From a virus, in the IMG/VR virus record IMGVR_UViG_3300033407_000076, positions 1-35,154 of that record: a DNA stretch of 35,154 nucleotides. One strand, 5' to 3'. The notes under the pieces are model-generated. The model did not search any database. It was not told where the DNA came from and worked only from the letters and a program-made list of their open reading frames with translations. Positions 32,221 to 35,154 of this stretch are shown here, piece after piece; positions within the stretch are counted from its first letter, which is position 1; each line of letters begins with the position of its first letter. A program made the position numbers and the translations under genes.

Positions 32221-34022
32221 TATTTGCTCCTTTTTTTGCCAAGATATTCAACCAACATGTCGATCCATCTGGGATCGGTCATGAGGTTAACAGCTGCAAC
32301 ATCATGTTTTTTGCCGTAACGCTCATCCAGATCCTGCTTGAGCGCGTCGAGCTTGTTCCTGGCATCCCACATGCTTGTTTTCTTCATTTGGGCAGCTGTG
32401 CGTATTGAAGGGTCACTCGGTATCAAGTCTCCAAACAATAGCTGCATGTCTTTTAAGTTTTGCTGGGCTTCCGGGTAAGGCTCAAGTTTGTCCATCAGCT
32501 TGTTGTATTGCTTCTTGCTCTTGATGAATTTCTGGAACTCATTCCCGCTCATGTTGCGCTTGTCAAAAAAATCCTCTATTTCCTTACGGGTAAACTCACG
32601 CTCTGCAATTTTTCTGGCTATGGCATATTCCGGCTGTATTTCATCCATTTCAGCCACCATTTCCTTTCTTGCTTTGGTAGCCTCATCAGATTTTGTTTTT
32701 CTCGTGCCTTTTGGATCTTCAGTCTCAAGATCCCCAACAACCCTTTTTACAAGATTCCAATATTCAAAACTGTCTGGAGACATATTTCTGGCAGCACGCT
32801 TGTACTCTGCCTGGGATCCAATTTGTTTTATCGCCTTTCCAACCACAGGATCGGCTGACCATTTTTCAATAAATTCCGGAGGAACACTGGCGCTCATTGC
32901 CTTTTCATACTGTGCCTTTTTTTCCGGAGCCAATTTTTCTGGGTCATAGATATTGTCCTGAAGGGTTTCTATGGCCTTTTGCTCACTTTCTGAACGTTCA
33001 CGGCCTTTTTCAAACAGTTTTCTCGATCCCTCAGATGTTTTTCCTATGATTCCCTGCTTGGCGGCCTCAAATGGGGACAGTGTGGCTTCTGCAGGGGTAA
33101 GGTATGACAGATTAAGACGCTGTGCAGCGTTTAACCGCTCATTTATCAATGGCAACAACTCTGGGGTGATATCTGCAAACAGTTTGCGTTGTGCCGCTTT
33201 CTCAGGTGACACAGAAATATGCTTTATGTATGAGGCAAGCGCACCTAGTGTAGGTTGTGCCCCGGGGATATGTGCCTTGCTTGCCAGATCGGCGACGCTT
33301 TCCAACGCTCCTCCTGTTATTAATCCGGCTTTTTCAGGAATTTCACCCGCTATTTCTGGAATTGACTTTATTCCTTCCACCAAGGATGACCCAAGATTAG
33401 ACGCCTGTTCAGGAACCTGTGGCAATTTTGAGGCTGCAAATTCACCACCTGCACCCATCAATGCTGCCTGTAAGGGATCAGCACCACGGCCACCTTCTTC
33501 TGCAGCAAGGGTTCCCACACGTCCTGCCTTGCTTCCAATTGATCCTAACCCTTTTCCAATCCCAAACAGGCTCCCCACATCCTGCATGGCCTGTTCTTCT
33601 TTTGTCTGTGGCTGCATTCCAGTTTCTTTCAACATGTTCTGGAAATGCTCAAGGAATGTTGGAGACTTATATGAAGGCGAATCTACCCCACCAGTACCTT
33701 CAATCCTTTTGCCAAATTCAGGAAATTTTTTTGCCAGATACCTGACAAGCATTTGTGGTGCACTCAATGCCCCAAGCGCACTCTTTGTGATACCAACTCC
33801 AGCTTCGGGCAATATCATGCCAGGATGTTGTTTTGCATATTGGTATGCCCCGCCTGCCGTTTCTAGAATTGATGTGATCATTCCTTTCAAGGCTGCTGGC
33901 AATCCTTCAAGTGACTGGCCAACATCAGATGCAATACCAGAAAATCCCAATTGATTGTTTTCGGGGGATTCACCAGCCTCCAGTTGTGCCAGCAATGCTG
34001 GGTCTGTCACTTTTCTTCCCAT
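32220..34022 (-). CDS. Internal virion / ejection-like protein (600 aa)
   Basis: Position and size parallel P22 gp16. Gly/Ala-rich N-terminal half, charged helical C-terminal half. Assigned by synteny only. Confidence 0.45.
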   Translation of the reverse strand: MGRKVTDPALLAQLEAGESPENNQLGFSGIASDVGQSLEGLPAALKGMITSILETAGGAYQYAKQHPGMILPEAGVGITKSALGALSAPQMLVRYLAKKFPEFGKRIEGTGGVDSPSYKSPTFLEHFQNMLKETGMQPQTKEEQAMQDVGSLFGIGKGLGSIGSKAGRVGTLAAEEGGRGADPLQAALMGAGGEFAASKLPQVPEQASNLGSSLVEGIKSIPEIAGEIPEKAGLITGGALESVADLASKAHIPGAQPTLGALASYIKHISVSPEKAAQRKLFADITPELLPLINERLNAAQRLNLSYLTPAEATLSPFEAAKQGIIGKTSEGSRKLFEKGRERSESEQKAIETLQDNIYDPEKLAPEKKAQYEKAMSASVPPEFIEKWSADPVVGKAIKQIGSQAEYKRAARNMSPDSFEYWNLVKRVVGDLETEDPKGTRKTKSDEATKARKEMVAEMDEIQPEYAIARKIAEREFTRKEIEDFFDKRNMSGNEFQKFIKSKKQYNKLMDKLEPYPEAQQNLKDMQLLFGDLIPSDPSIRTAAQMKKTSMWDARNKLDALKQDLDERYGKKHDVAAVNLMTDPRWIDMLVEYLGKKRSK

Positions 34023-34864
34023 GATCCATTCCTTTTGACATAGGTTATTCCGCCAATTGTTTTGGTTGGGAGGGAGGGCTGGAAGGTTTCATGATTTCCA
34101 GAAAGGATTTTCTGCATCACTTCAGGTTGTTTTGACTTGGTTGCCTCAAAGTAAGGTATTGCCCCTTTTAAAGCACTTGTAGTTTCCTTTTTTATGCGCT
34201 CGCGATATGACTTGTCATTTTCAAATGGGTGTCTTGATATAATCCCGCGTGCAACCTCTATGTTTTCCTTGGTTGGATTCCATCCCTTGATTGCAAGATA
34301 GCTGTCAACAGCTGCATTGACAGCCGCTTCATGTGCCGCAACTGCCGAAGGCCGATAAGGCAGATTCAACAAATGTACCGGGGATGGAAGCTCAATAATG
34401 CTCTGCATTTTGTCAATGAAAGGCTCAACTTGATTTACGCTTTGCTGGTACTTTGTCAATGTCGATTTTGTTGGCAAGTCCTGAAGTGATTCCTGTTTCC
34501 CACGTGCAGTCTGTATCTCCCTTTCCTGTTGCATGTCAGGTGTTTCTGTTTGCCCAAGTACAAGTTTGTTAAAAAGGTATTGTCCTAGCTTGTTTGGACT
34601 GCCTGCACCTTGTGATGATGCACCTGCACCATTTCCTTGTTGTCCTCCTCCAACATATTGCTGCAAAAGGTTGGCTATCATTTTTTCCTTGCGACTTTTT
34701 TGAGATGCCTCTGCAGCCTGCGCCTCACGCAGGGCATTCTGTGATGCAAGCGTTCTAGGCTCCTGGCTTAAATCAATACCGCCTTTAAGATTGGATACAA
34801 GGTCATCAAGCGCAGAGTATCCCTGCGGGGCAATCCCTGCATAGTTTATGGGCTGAAATGGCAT
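34007..34864 (-). CDS. Internal virion / ejection-like protein (285 aa)
   Basis: GGGGAGGG lies 7 nt upstream of ATG 34864, which follows the upstream TAG by 1 nt. Track ORF extends to 34927. Confidence 0.45.
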   Translation of the reverse strand: MPFQPINYAGIAPQGYSALDDLVSNLKGGIDLSQEPRTLASQNALREAQAAEASQKSRKEKMIANLLQQYVGGGQQGNGAGASSQGAGSPNKLGQYLFNKLVLGQTETPDMQQEREIQTARGKQESLQDLPTKSTLTKYQQSVNQVEPFIDKMQSIIELPSPVHLLNLPYRPSAVAAHEAAVNAAVDSYLAIKGWNPTKENIEVARGIISRHPFENDKSYRERIKKETTSALKGAIPYFEATKSKQPEVMQKILSGNHETFQPSLPTKTIGGITYVKRNGSWEEK

Positions 34865-34865
34865 C

Positions 34866-35154
34866 CTATGACCCTCCCCAAAGTGAAGCACCAACCTTTG
34901 CCCCTGGAACTCCACCAACAAATCCACCTATCCCAGCGCCCCCAATCTGGGTCAATGCCTTGAGAAGGCTTTGGATGCGTGCATTCTTTTCACGCTCACC
35001 CTGAAATGCTAGCGACCCCTCGCTGCTGAATATATTGCTCAGATTGTCTGCAAGCCCTGTGGATGCCCCATAGCCGGTTTTGAATAACTCCTCCTCGCCG
35101 CTTATCCCTTTTTCCTGAATCCCCATGATGTTTTTAAGGAAATTTTGCATATCC
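34866..35154 (-). CDS. C-terminal part of the junction-spanning protein (Gly-rich tail ...GGAGIGGFVGGVPGAKVGASLWGGS)
   Basis: Track ORF 34866..35150. Residues 'MQNFLKNIMGIQEKG...' are also encoded at 1..127. TAG stop at 34866..34868. Confidence 0.7.
   Translation of the reverse strand, partial: DMQNFLKNIMGIQEKGISGEEELFKTGYGASTGLADNLSNIFSSEGSLAFQGEREKNARIQSLLKALTQIGGAGIGGFVGGVPGAKVGASLWGGS
35028..35154. repeat. Terminal direct repeat, copy B (identical to 1..127)
   Basis: Same 127-nt string as the window start. Confidence 0.95.

Noticed and set aside
32971-33954. 327-aa plus-strand ORF, the longest unexplained ORF in the track
   Set aside because: It is entirely antisense to the 600-aa structural gene. 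Its product is Ala/Pro/Ser/Cys-rich low complexity, with no RBS and no partner genes on that strand. This is the typical shadow ORF of a gene rich in GAA/AAG/GCN codons.
1-35154. Stop-codon reassignment as an explanation for the in-frame TAA (13785) and TGA (20559)
   Set aside because: All three stop codons terminate well-supported genes, precisely at coupled junctions (ATGA, TAATG, TAG-n-ATG). The long genes are uninterrupted under the standard code.
1-35154. tRNA genes, CRISPR arrays, integrase/attP, DNA polymerase
   Set aside because: I looked for T-loop-like GGTTCGA motifs with cloverleaf context, for regularly spaced direct repeats, and for tyrosine/serine recombinase or polymerase motifs in the ORF track. 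I found none. This was a visual search only, so tRNAscan-SE or ARAGORN and HMM searches should confirm it.

Overview
The window is one complete tailed dsDNA phage genome. The first 127 nt (1..127) are identical to the last 127 nt (35028..35154), so the unit genome is about 35,027 bp, either circularly closed or terminally redundant, and one virion gene reads through the junction.

Genome layout:
- Late block, minus strand, from ~13051 down through position 1 and on from 35027 to 24147. It runs GH108 endolysin, holin-like protein, DnaJ-type zinc-finger protein, ParB-DNA methyltransferase fusion, HTH/small-terminase-like protein, large terminase, portal, scaffold, major capsid, adaptor-like and nozzle-like proteins, probable ejection proteins, then three fibre-like proteins. 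The order is P22-like, which suggests a podovirus. A plus-strand HNH homing endonuclease sits between the small-terminase-like gene and terL.
- Minus-strand replication block (16332..14096): wHTH initiator and VRR-NUC nuclease.
- Plus-strand early block (16588..22269): Arc-like regulator, Sak4-like ATPase, DUF669/SSB-like protein, two DUF551 proteins, a Lar-like protein and many small ORFs.
- Short plus-strand block (13210..14084): three tandem XhlA-like small membrane proteins plus a ribbon-helix-helix (RHH) protein.

I saw no integrase, DNA polymerase, tRNA, CRISPR array or reverse transcriptase.

The most unusual region is the accessory island at 22409..24134. It holds a tightly coupled operon (small lipoprotein, two paralogous secreted proteins, a 64-aa ORF) that I cannot assign to any family. 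It also holds a divergent WGR-domain ORF with a near-consensus promoter but no canonical start codon.

All functional calls come from motif recognition by eye and from gene order. No database search was run.
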